From contig OZ024759.1 in the NCBI GenBank assembly GCA_964016885.1, positions 8,122,001 to 8,186,000 of the forward strand: a DNA stretch of 64,000 bases, in the 5' to 3' direction. The notes under the pieces were generated by a model. It was given only the letters and a program-made list of their open reading frames with translations, was not told the DNA's origin and did not search any database. A program made the translations under genes and the position numbers. Positions 1-12,770 of this stretch are shown piece after piece. The stretch is from Eledone cirrhosa. Its lineage: Eukaryota. How positions within the stretch are numbered: the stretch's first letter is position 1; each line of letters opens with the position of its first letter.

Positions 1-1845
1 TACCCAGTCCACACTGTAAAGTGGTTGTGTAGGTGTCATGACAAAAAGTACCCAGTCCTCACTGTAAAGTGGTTGTGTAGGTGTCATGACAAAAAGTACC
101 CAGTCCACACTGTAAAGTGGTTGTGTAGGTGTCATGACAAAAAGTACCCAGTCCACACTGTAAAGTGGTTGTGTAGGTGTCATGACGAAAAGTACCCAGT
201 ACACACTGTAAAGTGGTTGTGTAGGTGTCATGACAAAAAGTACCCAGTCCACACTGTAAAGTGGTTGTGCAGGTGTCATGAGAAAAAGTACCCAGTCCAC
301 ACTGTAAAGTGGTTGTGTAGGTGTCATGAGAAAAAGTACCCAGTCCACACTGTAAAGTGGTAGTGTAGGTGTCATGACAAAAAGTACCCAGCCCACACTG
401 TAAAGTGGTTGTGTAGGTGTCATGAGAAAAAGTAAACAGTCCACACTGTAAAGTGGTTGTGTAGGTGTCATGAGAAAAAGTACCCAGTCCACACTGTAAA
501 GTGGTTGTGTAGGTGTCATGAGAAAAAGTACCCAGTCCACACTGTAAAGTGGTAGTGTAGGTGTCATGAGAAAAAGTACCCAGTCCACACTGTAAAGTGG
601 TTGTGTAGGTGTCATGACAAAAAGTACCCAGTCCACACTGTAAAGTGGTTGTGTAGGTGTCATGAGAAAAAGTACCCAGTCCACACTGTAAAGTGGTAGT
701 GTAGGTGTCATAACAAAAAGTACCCAGTACACACTGTAAAGTGGTTGCGTAGGTGTCACAATAAAAAGTACCCAGTCCACACTGTAAAGTGGTTGTGTAG
801 GTGTCACCACAAAAAGTACCCAGTCCTCACTGTAAAGTGGTTGTGTAGGTGTCACAATAAAAAGTACCCAGTCCACACTGTAAAGTGGTTGTGTAGGTGT
901 CACAACAAAAGTACCTAGTACACACTGTAAAGTGGTTGTGTAGGTGTCATGACAAAAAGTACCCAGTCCACACTGTAAAGTGGTTGTGTAGGTGTCATGA
1001 CAAAAAGTACCCAGTCCTCACTGTAAAGTGGTTGTGTAGGTGTCATGACAAAAAGTACCCAGTACACACTGTAAAGTGGTTGTGTAGGTGTCACAACAAA
1101 AGACACCCAGTCCACACTGTAAAGTGGTCATGTAGGTGTCACAACAAAAAACACCCAGTCCACACTGTAAAGTGGTTGTGTAGGTGTCACAACAAAAGAC
1201 ACCCAGTCCACACTGTAAAGTGGTCATGTAGGTGTCACAACAAAAAACACCCAGTCCACACTGTAAAGTGGTTGTGTAGGTGTCATGACAAAAAGTACCC
1301 AGTCCTCACTGTAAAGTGGTTGTGTAGGTGTCACAACAAAAAGTACCCAGTCCACACTGTAAAGTGGTTGTGTAGGTGTCACAACAAAAGACACACAGTC
1401 CACACTGTAAAGTGGTCATGTAGGTGTCACAACAAAAAACACCCAGTCCACACTGTAAAGTGGTTGTGTAGGTGTCATGACAAAAAACACCCAGTCCACA
1501 CTGTAAAGTGGTTGTGTAGGTGTCACAATAAAAAGTACCCAGTCCACACTGTAAAGTGGTCGTGTAGGTCTCACAACAAAAAGTACCCAGTCCACACTGT
1601 AAAGTGGTCGTGTAGGTCTCACAACAAAAAGTACCCACTCCACTCTGTAAAGTGGTTGTGTAGGTCTCACAACAAAAAGTACCCAGTCCACACTGTAAAG
1701 TGGTTGTGTAGGTGTCACAACAAAAGACACCCAGTCCACATTGTAAAGTGGTCATGTAGGTCTCACAACAAAAAGTACCCAGTCCACACTGTAAAGTGGT
1801 TGTGTAGGTGACACCACAAAAAGCACCCAGTCCACACTGTAAATG
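1..1845 (+). repeat. 39-bp minisatellite (~47 copies) expanded from an internal SINE segment
   Basis: Unit TACCCAGTCCACACTGTAAAGTGGTTGTGTAGGTGTCATGACAAAAAG-like; runs directly into the SINE tail and resembles SINE sequence at 5845-5945. Confidence 0.95.
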
Positions 1846-2003
1846 AAGTTGGTGTTAGGAAGGGCATCCAGCTGTAGAAACCAAGCCAAAACCAGTTCTG
1901 TATGAGCATGACATGGTCACCTGACCTAGCATTGCTCCCAACAGGACAACTTGTCTAACCCATGCTAGTGTGGACAAATTAACTAAAAACGGTGATGATG
2001 ATG
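1846..2003 (+). mobile_element. SINE 3' part with RTE-derived tail
   Basis: GTTAGGAAGGGCATCCAGCTGTAGAAA...CTAACCCATGCTAG...(TGA)n, shared with RTE 3' ends in this window. Confidence 0.8.
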
Positions 2004-2204
2004 TTACCTGAAAAATACAAATACCACTACCACTACAACTGTATTTAACTTTCTACACTCACTACACACTGCTCACCTTTAATTAGCCAATGTACCTATT
2101 CACAGGTAACTACACTCCCACCACCACCACCTTCATCATCATGAACATCACTAATTATCTCATTTATTTTGTTGGAGATTTAGAAGATAATCCAACTTAA
2201 AAAA

Positions 2205-2620
2205 TAAACACATGCACACACACACACACACGCACACAAACAATAAACACACACACACAAACAACACACACACACGCACACAAACAATAAACACACACAC
2301 ACGCACACAAACACAAACAATAAACACACACACAAACACAAGCACAAACAATAAACACACACACAAACAATAAACACACACACAAACACAAACACACACA
2401 AACACACACACACAAACACAAATAAACACACACACAAACACAAACAATAAACACACACACACAAACACAAACAATAAACACACACACACAAACAATAAAC
2501 ACACGCAAACACAGACAATAAACACACACACACAAACAATAAACACACACAAACACAGACAAACAATAAACACACAGACAGACAACCTCACACACAGACA
2601 CATGCACAATACACACATTA
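2205..2620. repeat. Compound (CA)n/CAAACAATAAA low-complexity repeat
   Basis: Direct inspection. Confidence 0.9.
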
Positions 2621-2789
2621 TCACATGGACCAACGTGATATAACCAGAAAGAAGAGCCACAAATGGATGTGACGGTGATAAAGTTGATTATACCTTTTGA
2701 TATCAAAACCACCTAAAACCACCCCCGGTTCTAGGATAGAAAACTGTTTTAACCCTTTAACATTTACATTACTCTATATTTACTTCTGG

Positions 2790-3300
2790 TGAACGTGACC
2801 TGGGCATTACTGTCAGCAGCGATTTGCGTTGGACAAAGCACATCTCTAAAATTGTCAAGAGGGCCGAGGGTGTCTTAGCATCACTCAGCAAGACCTTTGT
2901 CAGCCGCTCTCCAGCTATCTATTTAAAGCTGTATATAGCTATGGTGTGGCCACACTTGGAATGTGCATCACCCGTCTGGAACCCCTATCTTGCTCAGAAT
3001 ATTAACATCCTGGAAACTGTTCAGAGACGTGCAACCAAACGAATACCCTCCATCAGGCATCTACCATACTCTGAACGCCTTGCTTCCCTGGGCATGGGTA
3101 CATTAAAGCTCCGTAATCTGGCAACTGACTTGGTAGACACACAAGATTATTAACCATCTTGCCAACAACAACCCTGAGTACCTTTTTGATTTCCATGTGT
3201 CTAACACCCGTGGACATGCCTACAAAGTCAGAAACAGCACAGTTCCCATAACTCTCAGAAACATCTTTCACGTTCAGAGTTGCTGAAGCATGAAACAAAC
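2790..3300 (+). mobile_element. CR1/L2-type LINE 3' fragment (RT C-terminal region, degenerate)
   Basis: LYIAMVWPHLECASPVWNPY...LETVQRRATKRIP...YSERL, typical of the CR1/L2 ORF2 C-terminus. Confidence 0.85.
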
Positions 3301-4025
3301 TACCTGCATCAGTTGTTAGATGTCGAGACACTGCATCCTTTAAAACTTCCATGGAACAAACTACCTGCATCAGTTGTTAGATGTCGGGACACTGCATTCT
3401 TCAAAACTTCCATGGAACAAACTACCAGCATCAGTTGTTAGATGTCGAGACACTGCATCCTTTAAAACTTCCATGGAACAAACTACCTGCATCAGTTGTT
3501 AGATGTCGGGACACTGCATCCTTTAAAACTTCCATGGAACAAACTACCTGCATCAGTTGTTAGATGTCGAGACACTGCATCCTTTAAAACTTCCATGGAA
3601 CAAACTACCTGCATCAGTTGTTAGATGTTGGGACACTGCATTCTTCAAAACTTCCATGGAACAAACTACCAGCATCAGTTGTTAGATGTTGGGACACTGC
3701 ATCCTTTAAAACTTCCATGAAACAAACTACCTGCATCAGTTGTTAGATGTCGAGACACTGCATTCTTCAAAACTTCCATGAAACAAACTACCTGCATCAG
3801 TTGTTAGATGTTGGGACACTGCATCCTTTAAAACTTCCATGGAACAAACTACCAGCATCAGTTGTTAGATGTCGGGACACTGCATTCTTCAAAACTTCCA
3901 TGGAACAAACTACCTGCATCAGTTGTTAGATGTTGGGACACTGCATCCTTTAAAACTTCCATGGAACAAACTACCAGCATCAGTTGTTAGATGTCGGGAC
4001 ACTGCATTCTTCAAAACTTCCATGC
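3290..4025 (+). repeat. 61-bp tandem repeat (~12 copies) derived from the LINE 3' end
   Basis: Unit CTACCTGCATCAGTTGTTAGATGTCGRGACACTGCATCCTTTAAAACTTCCATGGAACAAA encodes WNKLPASVV...FK, the CR1/L2 terminal motif. Confidence 0.92.
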
Positions 4026-4295
4026 TTCCCGAAATTCACCAACACTACACCTGATATTCCCCCTCCATACCCACATATGCATGTGTGTGTGTGTATGTAT
4101 ATATCATGACTCATACACTGTTCACTTTCCTGACATTTGTACATTATTCTATGTACTACACATGCACCTTTGATGAGTTGCAGTGCACCTGAGCACTGTA
4201 CATAATAATTTCATTATTATTATCATATTTTCATGGTAAACACTTTACCTCACATAATATGAAATCTATGAGATTTTGATATTTATTTTAAGAAT

Positions 4296-4402
4296 AATTA
4301 TTTCTACTTTTGGCACAAGCCAGCAATTATCCAGTGTATTACTGGTACTTTATTTTATCAACCCCGTAAGGATGAAAGGCAAAGTTAACCTCGGCGGGAT
4401 TT
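4296..4402 (-). mobile_element. SINE fragment (family with CTTTGCCTTTCATCC core, Meta-domain-like)
   Basis: Reverse complement of 4870-4985. Confidence 0.8.
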
Positions 4403-4789
4403 ATTTTAAAAATAATACCTTAACATCAGCATGATTGGCTTACAGCTGGTTTGAACTGAAAGAGGTGAGAGAATTCTGGCCAGATATGGCCAGTTTAAAA
4501 CCTATAATAACGTTATGTTAAAACCTATAATAACGTTATGTAAGAACCTTTCTTCCAAACAACTTAACTGTTTTGACACCAAACCAACCCTGATTCTATT
4601 ATTCAAAACTATTTTAAAGTGTTTATATTTATCTAAAAACCTTCCATTCTAATTCTACGTAAGAATCTGTGTTATGTTCCAAATACCAGTTATATAATGA
4701 GATAAATATTACTGAATCTCTCCAAATTCTTGATTATTTTCAAAACAATCTGTAAATCCTTTATGGTGTCATTATAAATATTATAATGA

Positions 4790-4985
4790 TTGGCGGTGGA
4801 TTGTCAGCATCGGTAGAGGGTCGGACGCCATGCTGTGCAGCATAGAGTTACGTCCCTTTATGATCTGAGTTCAAATCCCACCGAGGTTAACTTTGCCTTT
4901 CATCCTTACGAGGGTCGATAAAATAAAGTACCAGTAATACACTGGGTAATTGCTGGCCTTGTGCCTAACGTAGAGACAATTATTT
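4790..4985 (+). mobile_element. tRNA-derived SINE (Meta-domain-like)
   Basis: B-box-like GAGTTCAAATCC followed by GTTAACTTTGCCTTTCATCC...GTCGATAAAATAAAGTACC; about nine copies in the window. Confidence 0.8.
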
Positions 4986-5134
4986 AACCTTAATATCAAT
5001 GAATACACACACATATATATAACAAGAAAACTGGAACTGATGTATGCATATTTGAAAAGGGGTTAAGGTTCTATACAAAACATCTCTTCTGTGGTCTTCC
5101 TCTACTGTGTCTTCCTATATACATCATATATATA

Positions 5135-5662
5135 TCATCATCAACGTCCATCTTCCACGCTAGCATGGGTTAGACGGGTCCTATTTTGAGGCAAGTTGTA
5201 TCGCTCAAATAGGGGTGTTTCTGGCTGGTTTTCTACAGCTGGATGCCCTTCCTAACGCCAACCACATTTACAGTGGGCGGTGGGGACATACTGTACACAT
5301 GCTTCATCTTGTGCTCGTGAGAAGTCGGGTCCTCTGTATTACTGCATATCACCAGAGATCCCAGTCATGTGTCATCTCCTTTGAGAGGTGCAATTGGGCA
5401 AGGTCAGCTTCTATCACCTCATCCAAGGCTTCCAACGACTTTGAGCACTCTGCACTTTTTTATGCAGCTGTCACCCTTCATACGCAACACATGTCCATAC
5501 CAACGCAACCTCCTCTCCTGCACACAGCATTTGATTCCTCTTATGCCTAGTTTCTCTCTCAGTTCATTTATGCTTTGCTGTTCGCGTATATTACTATTAC
5601 ACATCCATCGGAGCATGCAGGCTTCATTTCTTTCCAATGTACACAAGTCTTCTGCACACAGT
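5135..5662 (-). mobile_element. RTE LINE 3' fragment
   Basis: LERNEACMLRWMC...RRLRWYGHVLRM and the (TGA)n tail. Confidence 0.88.
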
Positions 5663-5674
5663 GCATATATATAG

Positions 5675-5945
5675 ATGGAGGCACATGGCTTAGTGGTTGG
5701 AGCATTGGCCTTGCAATCAAAAGGTTGTGAGTTCAATTCTCAGACCGGGTGATGTGTTGTTTCCTTGAGCAAGACACTTTATTTCACATTGCTCCAGTTT
5801 ACTCAGCTGTAGAAATGAGATGATAGGGACTGGGGTCCCTATCATTCCACTGTAAAGTGGTCGTGGAGGTGCCACGGCAAAAAGCACCCAGCCCACACTG
5901 TAAAGTGGTCGTGGAGGTGCCACAGCAAAAAAGCACCCAGCACTC
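5675..5945 (+). mobile_element. tRNA-derived SINE (CORE/V-domain-like centre)
   Basis: A box TGGCTTAGTGG, B box GAGTTCAATTC, central CCTTGAGCAAGACACTT. Confidence 0.82.
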
Positions 5946-6234
5946 ACTGGTTGTGTGGGTGGTTGTGTGTGGTGGGTGGTTGTGTGTGTGAGTGGTTGTC
6001 TGTGTGAGTGGGTGGTTGTGTGTGTGGATGGGTGGTTGTGTGTGGGTGGGTGGTTGTGTGTGTGGTGGGTGTGTGTGTGGGTGGTGGGTGGTTGTGTGTG
6101 GTGGGTGGTTGTGTGTATATGTAGTTGTGTGTATATGTAGTTGTAGTCATTCCTAATCCTGACCAATTCAATCACACAGGAATATATTTTATATTATTTG
6201 TTGTCGGAGCCAGAAATGGAAGTGGCTCCATTGT

Positions 6235-7060
6235 CAGAGTTGCTGTCATAGTCCAGTTGCTGTAGTCCAGTTGCTGTAGCAGTCCAGTTGCTGTAGTAGT
6301 CCAGTTGCTGTAGTAGTCCAGTTGCTGTCATAGTCCAGTTGCTGTAGCAGTCCAGTTGCTGTAGTAGTCCAGTTGCTGTAGCAGTCCAGTTGCTGTAGCA
6401 GTCCAGTTGCTGTAGCAGTCCAGTTGCTGTAGTCCAGTTGCTGTCATAGTCCAGTTACTGCCATAGTCCAGTTGCTGTAGCAGTCCAGTTGCTGTAGCAG
6501 TCCAGTTGCTGTAGCAGTCCAGTTGCTGTAGCAGTCCAGTTGCTGTCATAGTCCAGTTACTACCATAGTCCAGTTGCTGCCATAGTCCAGTTGCTGTAGT
6601 AGTCCAGTTGCTGTCATAGTCCAGTTGCTGTAGCAGTCCAGTTGCTGTCATAGTCCAGTTGCTGTAGCAGTCCAGTTGCTGTCATAGTCCAGTTGCTGTA
6701 GTCCAGTTGCTGTAGTAGTCCAGTTGCTGTAGCAGTCCAGTTGCTGTAGCAGTCCAGTTGCTGTAGTCCAGTTGCTGTCATAGTCCAGTTGCTGTCATAG
6801 TCCAGTTACTGCCATAGTCCAGTTGCTGTAGCAGTCCAGTTGCTGTAGCAGTCCAGTTGCTGTAGCAGTCCAGTTGCTGTAGTCCAGTTGCTGTCATAGT
6901 CCAGTTGCTGCCATAGTCCAGTTGCTGTCATAGTCCAGTTGCTGTAGCAGTCCAGTTGCTGTAGCAGTCCAGTTGCTGTAGCAGTCCAGTTGTTGTAGTC
7001 CAGTTGCTGTAGCAGTCCAGTTGCTGTAGCAGTCCATTTGCTGTAGCAGTCCAGTTGCTG
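6235..7060. repeat. 17-bp minisatellite AGTCCAGTTGCTGTAGC (14-bp variants)
   Basis: Direct inspection. Confidence 0.95.
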
Positions 7061-7134
7061 TCTTCTTCTCAAGGTCAATTAAAAATAACAGCGGGGTCAT
7101 TTCTTCATCTCTCTCGTACACACTTCCTAGCTTC

Positions 7135-7135
7135 C

Positions 7136-7168
<33 letters not shown>

Positions 7169-8588
7169 TCCTCTCTATCACTCTCACTTCCACTCTATCA
7201 CTCTCACTTCCCCTCTATCACTCTCACTTCCTCTCTATCACTCTCACTTCCCCTCTATCACTCCCACTTCCCCTCTATCACTCTCACTTCCTCTCTATCA
7301 CTCTCACTTCCTCTCTATCACTCTCACTTCCCCTCTATCACTCTCACTTCCCCTCTATCACTCTCACTTCCCCTCTATCACTCTCACTTCCTCTCTATCA
7401 CTCTCACTTCCCCTCTATCACTCTCACTTCCTCTCTATCACTCTCACTTCCTCTCTATCACTCTCTCACTTCCTCTCTATCACTCTCACTTCCTCTCTAT
7501 CACTCTCACACTTCCTCTCTCTTCCTCTCTATCACTCTCTCACTTCCTCTCTATCACTCTCACTTCCTCTCTATCACTCTCTCACTTCCTCTCTATCACT
7601 CTCACCTCCTCTCTATCACTCTCTCACTTCCTCTCTATCACTCTCACTTCCCCTCTATCACTCTCACTTCCTCTCTATCACTCTCACTTCCTCTCTACCA
7701 CTCTCACTTCCTCTCTATCACTCTCACTTCCTCTCTCTCACTCTCACACTTCCTCTCTATCACTCTCTCACTTCCTCTCTATCACTCTCACACTTCCTCT
7801 CTATCACTCTCACTTCCTCTCTCTCACTCTCACTTCCTCTCTATCACTCTCTCACTTCCTCTCTATCACTCTCTCACTTCCTCTCTATCACTCTCACTTC
7901 CTCTCTATCACTCTCACTTCCTCTCTCTCACTCTCACTTCCTCTCTATCACTCTCACTTCCTCTCTATCACTCTCACTTCCTCTCTATCACTCTCTCACT
8001 TCCTCTCTATCACTCTCACTTCCTCTCTATCACTCTCACTTCCCCTCTCTCACTCTCACTTCCCCTCTCTCACTCTCACTTCCCCTCTATCACTCTCACT
8101 TCCTCTCTCTCACTCTCACTTCCTCTCTATCACTCTCTCACTTCCTCTCTATCACTCTCTCACTTCCTCTCTATCACTCTCACTTCCCCTCTCTCACTCT
8201 CACTTCCCCTCTATCACTCTCACTTCCCCTCTATCACTCTCACTTCCTCTCTCTCACTCTCACTTCCTCTCTATCACTCTCTCACTTCCTCTCTATCACT
8301 CTCACTTCCTCTCTATCACTCTCTCACTTCCTCTCTATCACTCTCACTTCCTCTCTATCACTCTCACTTCCCCTCTATCACTCTCACTTCCTCTCTATCA
8401 CTCTCACTTCCTCTCTATCACTCTCACTTCCTCTCTATCACTCTCTCACTTCCTCTCTATCACTCTCACTTCCTCTCTATCACTCTCTCACTTCCTCTCT
8501 ATCACTCTCACTTCCTCTCTATCACTCTCACTTCCTCTCTATCACTCTCACTTCCTCTCTATCACTCTCTCACTTCCTCTCTCTCACC
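7135..8588. repeat. 20-bp pyrimidine-rich minisatellite CTCTCTATCACTCTCACTTC
   Basis: Direct inspection; accounts for the spurious 552-aa ORF. Confidence 0.95.
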
Positions 8589-8658
8589 TGGAAGAAATCG
8601 GATGTTTATACCATTTTTTTTTTTTTGTTACCGAAAATAATGTCCCGATTAAAATTTC

Positions 8659-9665
8659 AACCAAGGATCACATACAATATAACCCCCAGCACCAAGGATC
8701 ACATACAATATAACCCCCAGCACCAGGGATCACATACAATATAACCCCCAGCACCAGGGATCACATACAATATAACCCCCAGCACCAGGGATCACATACA
8801 ATATAACCCCCAGCACCAGGGATCACATACAATATAACCCCCAGCACCAGGGATCACATACAATATAACCCCCAGCACCAGGGATCACATACAATATAAC
8901 CCCCAGCACCAGGGATCACATACAATATAACCCCCAGCACCAAGGATCACATACAATATAACCCCCAGCACCAGGGATCACATACAATATAACCCCCAGC
9001 ACCAGGGATCACATACAATATAACCCCCAGCACCAGGGATCACATACAATATAACCCCCAGCACCAGGGATCACATACAATATAACCCCCAGCACCAGGG
9101 ATCACATACAATATAACCCCCAGCACCAGGGATCACATACAATATAACCCCCAGCACCAAGGATCACATACAATATAACCCCCAGCACCAGGGATCACAT
9201 ACAATATAACCCCCAGCACCAGGGATCACATACAATATAACCCCCAGCACCAGGGATCACATACAATATAACCCCCAGCACCAGGGATCACATACAATAT
9301 AACCCCCAGCACCAGGGATCACATACAATATAACCCCCAGCACCAGGGATCACATACAATATAACCTCCAGCACCAGGGATCACATACAATATAACCCCC
9401 AGCACCAGGGATCACATACAATATAACCCCCAGCACCAGGGATCACATACAATATAACCCCCAGCACCAGGGATCACATACAATATAACCCCCAGCACCA
9501 GGGATCACATACAATATAACCTCCAGCACCAGGGATCACATACAATATAACCCCCAGCACCAGGGATCACATACAATATAACCCCCAGCACCAGGGATCA
9601 CATACAATATAACCCCCAGCACCAGGGATCACATACAATATAACCCCCAGCACCAGGGATCACGT
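8659..9665. repeat. 31-bp minisatellite CACCAGGGATCACATACAATATAACCCCCAG (~32 copies)
   Basis: Nearly identical units. Confidence 0.95.
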
Positions 9666-10044
9666 GCAAACATATCCCCCCCCCCTTCATCAAATTTATA
9701 GTTAGCCGTATAAAATAGTTGAGCTGCCTTAAAATCCTATGTAGTCAACACTCAGCAGACCTTCCAGCCGTGGCCACCAGGATTTTCTTCGTTTTCTCAG
9801 ATAATGTAACTGGGAATACATCGTGTGACAAATCATTCATTTTTTTATGGGTATAGTTTGAGGAATATCTGAAATATATGAAGCTAGCTTAGGATGTTGA
9901 ACTTAGTTGTGTGCTGGACCGGGTGGTGCGTCTTTTTATGAGAGGGCTGGGGGTCCCTATCATTAAAACACCCAAGAAACTTCCTATGAGATACAGAGTT
10001 GTAGGAGACCAGCTAAACCTACAAAGGTGTGAGCTGTAATAACA

Positions 10045-10395
10045 TGATAGGACTGGGGTCCCTACCATTAAAACACCTAGAAACCGCCTACAAAATACAA
10101 CTAAGCAGGAGCCCAGCATAATCCTATAGGACTAGGGGACCCTATAATTAAAACACCCTAGAAACTGCTTACAAAATACAACTAAGCAGGAGCCCAGCAT
10201 AACCCTACAGGACTGGGGTCCCTACCATTAAAACACCCTAGAAACCACCTACAAAATACAACTAAGCAGGAGCCCAGCATAATCCTATAGGACTAGGGGA
10301 CCCTATAATTAAAACACCCTAGAAACTGCTTACAAAATACAACTAAGCAGGAGCCCAGCATAACCCTATAGGACTAGGGGACCCTATAATTAAAA
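10045..10395 (+). repeat. ~80-bp tandem repeat with alternating A/B units; inverted copy at 12035-12110
   Basis: GGACTGGGGTCCCTACC alternates with GGACTAGGGGACCCTATA, each followed by AAATACAACTAAGCAGGAGCCCAGCAT. Confidence 0.85.
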
Positions 10396-10689
10396 GACAC
10401 GTACATCTCACATAGGTGCAAAATATAAATCATAAGACAACCCGTCTAACCCATGCTAGCATGGAAGAACGGACGTAAAACGGTGATGATGATGATATAT
10501 ATATATATATATATATTTATCCATCACATAAACAAAATATAAATCATATATATATATATATCCATTACATAAACAAAACAACTATAGGTGACTTTCAAAA
10601 TGAGGAGAAATATATGAGATGGCAGACATGTAATGAATCTTCGGTATTTTTCGTTTTTTTGTTGTTTTTTTTGCTATTCTTTCTGCACT

Positions 10690-10852
10690 AAAATATGGGG
10701 GAGGTGTTGGTGGACTATGATTAAAATATGGGGGAGGTGTTGGTGGAATATGGTTAAAATATTGGGGAGGTGTTGGTGGAATATGGTTAAAATATGGGTT
10801 AGGTATTGGTAGAATATGGTTAAAATATGGGGGAGGTGTTGGTGGAATATGA
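10690..10852. repeat. 33-bp tandem repeat AAATATGGGGGAGGTGTTGGTGGAATATGGTTA
   Basis: About five copies. Confidence 0.85.
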
Positions 10853-11284
10853 GATATTTTACTATTCAACAAAGAGAAGCAAATCCAGGCCATTTATTAG
10901 GAAATGACCTTAGTAAATAATTAACGAAGCTAAGATTACTAAATAAGAGCCACACTATATATCGGTCTAAATATATACACACATGTTCACACTCAACATA
11001 CATATTTAATTGATGTATGTTGTACTTTTTCTAGATGGCAACAACCTAACTTGCTAAAGCCCAGCTTGACTATATGTAAATTATATGTTTATTTACACAC
11101 CCACACAAACTAACACACTTGTACACACACGTGTGTGTGTGTGTGCATGCAAATAATATAAATTCACACACATATATATACATTCAATTTATTGTTTTTA
11201 GACCAGAAAGTTGGGGTTTATATCAAGTAGACATCACTGAGAACTGTAGGAATAGCAATAATAGTAAATGTAATAAATATTAAT

Positions 11285-11592
11285 AATTATTTCTACTTTT
11301 GGCACAAGGCCAGCAATTACCCAGTGCATTACTGGTACTTTATTTTATCAAACCCCGTAAGGATGAAAGGCAAAGTTAACCTCGGCGGGATTTGAACTCA
11401 GAACGTAAAGGGCCATAACTCTATGCTAGAAAGCATGGTGTCTGACCCTCTACGTATACTGCCAATCTACCAATAAATAATTGTTTCTACTTTTGGCACA
11501 AGGCCAGCAATACCCAGTGTATTACTGGTACTTTATTTTATCAACCCCGTAAGGATGAAAGGCAAAGTTAACCTCGGCGGGATTTGAACTAC
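11285..11592 (-). mobile_element. Two tandem Meta-like SINE copies
   Basis: Two reverse copies of the 4790-4985 family. Confidence 0.82.
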
Positions 11593-11647
11593 CAATAAAT
11601 AATAATAGTGACCTATAAATGTTTTGTTTATGTAACGGATATGTATA

Positions 11648-11990
11648 TCATCATCATCATCATCATCATTTTACGTCTGCTTTTCCCTGCTTGCAAGGGT
11701 GGGACGGGAACTGATTCTGGCTTGATTTCTACAGCTGGATGCCCTTCCTAACACCAACCTCATTTACAGTGAGTGCTGGGTGCTTTTTTGCCGTGGCACC
11801 TCCACGACCACTTTGCAGTGGAATGATATGGACCCCAGTCCCTATCATCTCATTTCTACAGCTGAGTAAACTGGAGCAATGTGAAATAAAGTGTCTTGCT
11901 CAAGGAAACAACACATCACCCGGTCTGAGAATTGAACTCAACCTTTCGATTGCAAGGCCAATGCTCTAACCACTAAGCCATGTGCCTCCA
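11648..11990 (-). mobile_element. tRNA-derived SINE with RTE tail
   Basis: Same family as 5675 and 39578; (TCA)n at left end. Confidence 0.85.
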
Positions 11991-12539
11991 TATATATATA
12001 TATATGATTTATATTTTGCACTGAGATGTAGTGTGTTTTAATTATAGGGTCCCCTAGTCCTATAGGGTTATGCTGGGCTCCTGCTTAGTTGTATTTTGTA
12101 GGCGGTTTCTATTATTAATAATAATAGAAGTCAGTATCAACTAGGACCAATTCCTTAATAGGGAGGGGTTAGGGGACTTTAGGGTATTCCTGGGAGAACC
12201 CTACTTTAGAGTAGTTCCTGGGAGAACCCTACTTTAGAGTAGTTCCTGGGAGAACCCTACATAAAACCTTGGATTACTTATTAAAACAACCCTCTCCTGG
12301 TTTCTTTCCTCCTGTTGAGAAAAACACACTCGGGTCTCTCCCACCCCCACCACAACCACCCACTTATTCCACCCCCACCACCGCCACCCACTTATTGCAC
12401 CCCCCCCCCGGATGGGTTGGGGTCTCAATGAATGACTAATTATGGGGGGGGGGGCTAAATCAAAGGAGGCAATCTAGAAAAATTACCGATTTTCCACCTA
12501 CTCCCTCCCCCATTATTTGGGACCCGAGAGTAGTCAGTT

Positions 12540-12770
12540 GACCCTTTAAGCCTTGTCAGTTTCACAGCTCTCAACCATCTTTTCTAAAACACACTAAGAG
12601 GCTGCTCGTCCCTCACCTTCCTCCTTAAGTGGTACTTGATGAAGGGCTGTCTATACAGGAAGATCCCTGTCCTCGCATGACCATCACAACTTCCTCATTA
12701 CTACCAAAGAAGACGTACCGAACCTCCTTTCTAAAAGGGCGCTCAGTTGTTTCAGTGCCTTAACCTCGAC
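12540..12770 (-). mobile_element. Degenerate L1/Tx1-like ORF2 C-terminal fragment
   Basis: Minus-strand FIKYHLRRKVRDE resembles FFKYHFRRRIRVE at 59470-59510. Confidence 0.45.

Noticed and set aside
25-1811. Cys/His-rich repetitive ORFs
   Set aside because: By-product of the 39-bp SINE-derived repeat; interrupted by stops
5675-5750. tRNA genes (also 20371 and 39578)
   Set aside because: A/B boxes only, no complete cloverleaf; they continue into SINE bodies
7055-8713. 552-aa ORF
   Set aside because: Translation of a stop-free 20-bp CT-rich minisatellite
8659-9665. CRISPR-like 31-bp periodicity (also 53565-54735)
   Set aside because: Units are contiguous with no unique spacers, no cas genes, eukaryotic context
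12327-12532. Possible MITE end TTATTTGGGACCCGAGAGTA
   Set aside because: No convincing partner TIR or TSD found
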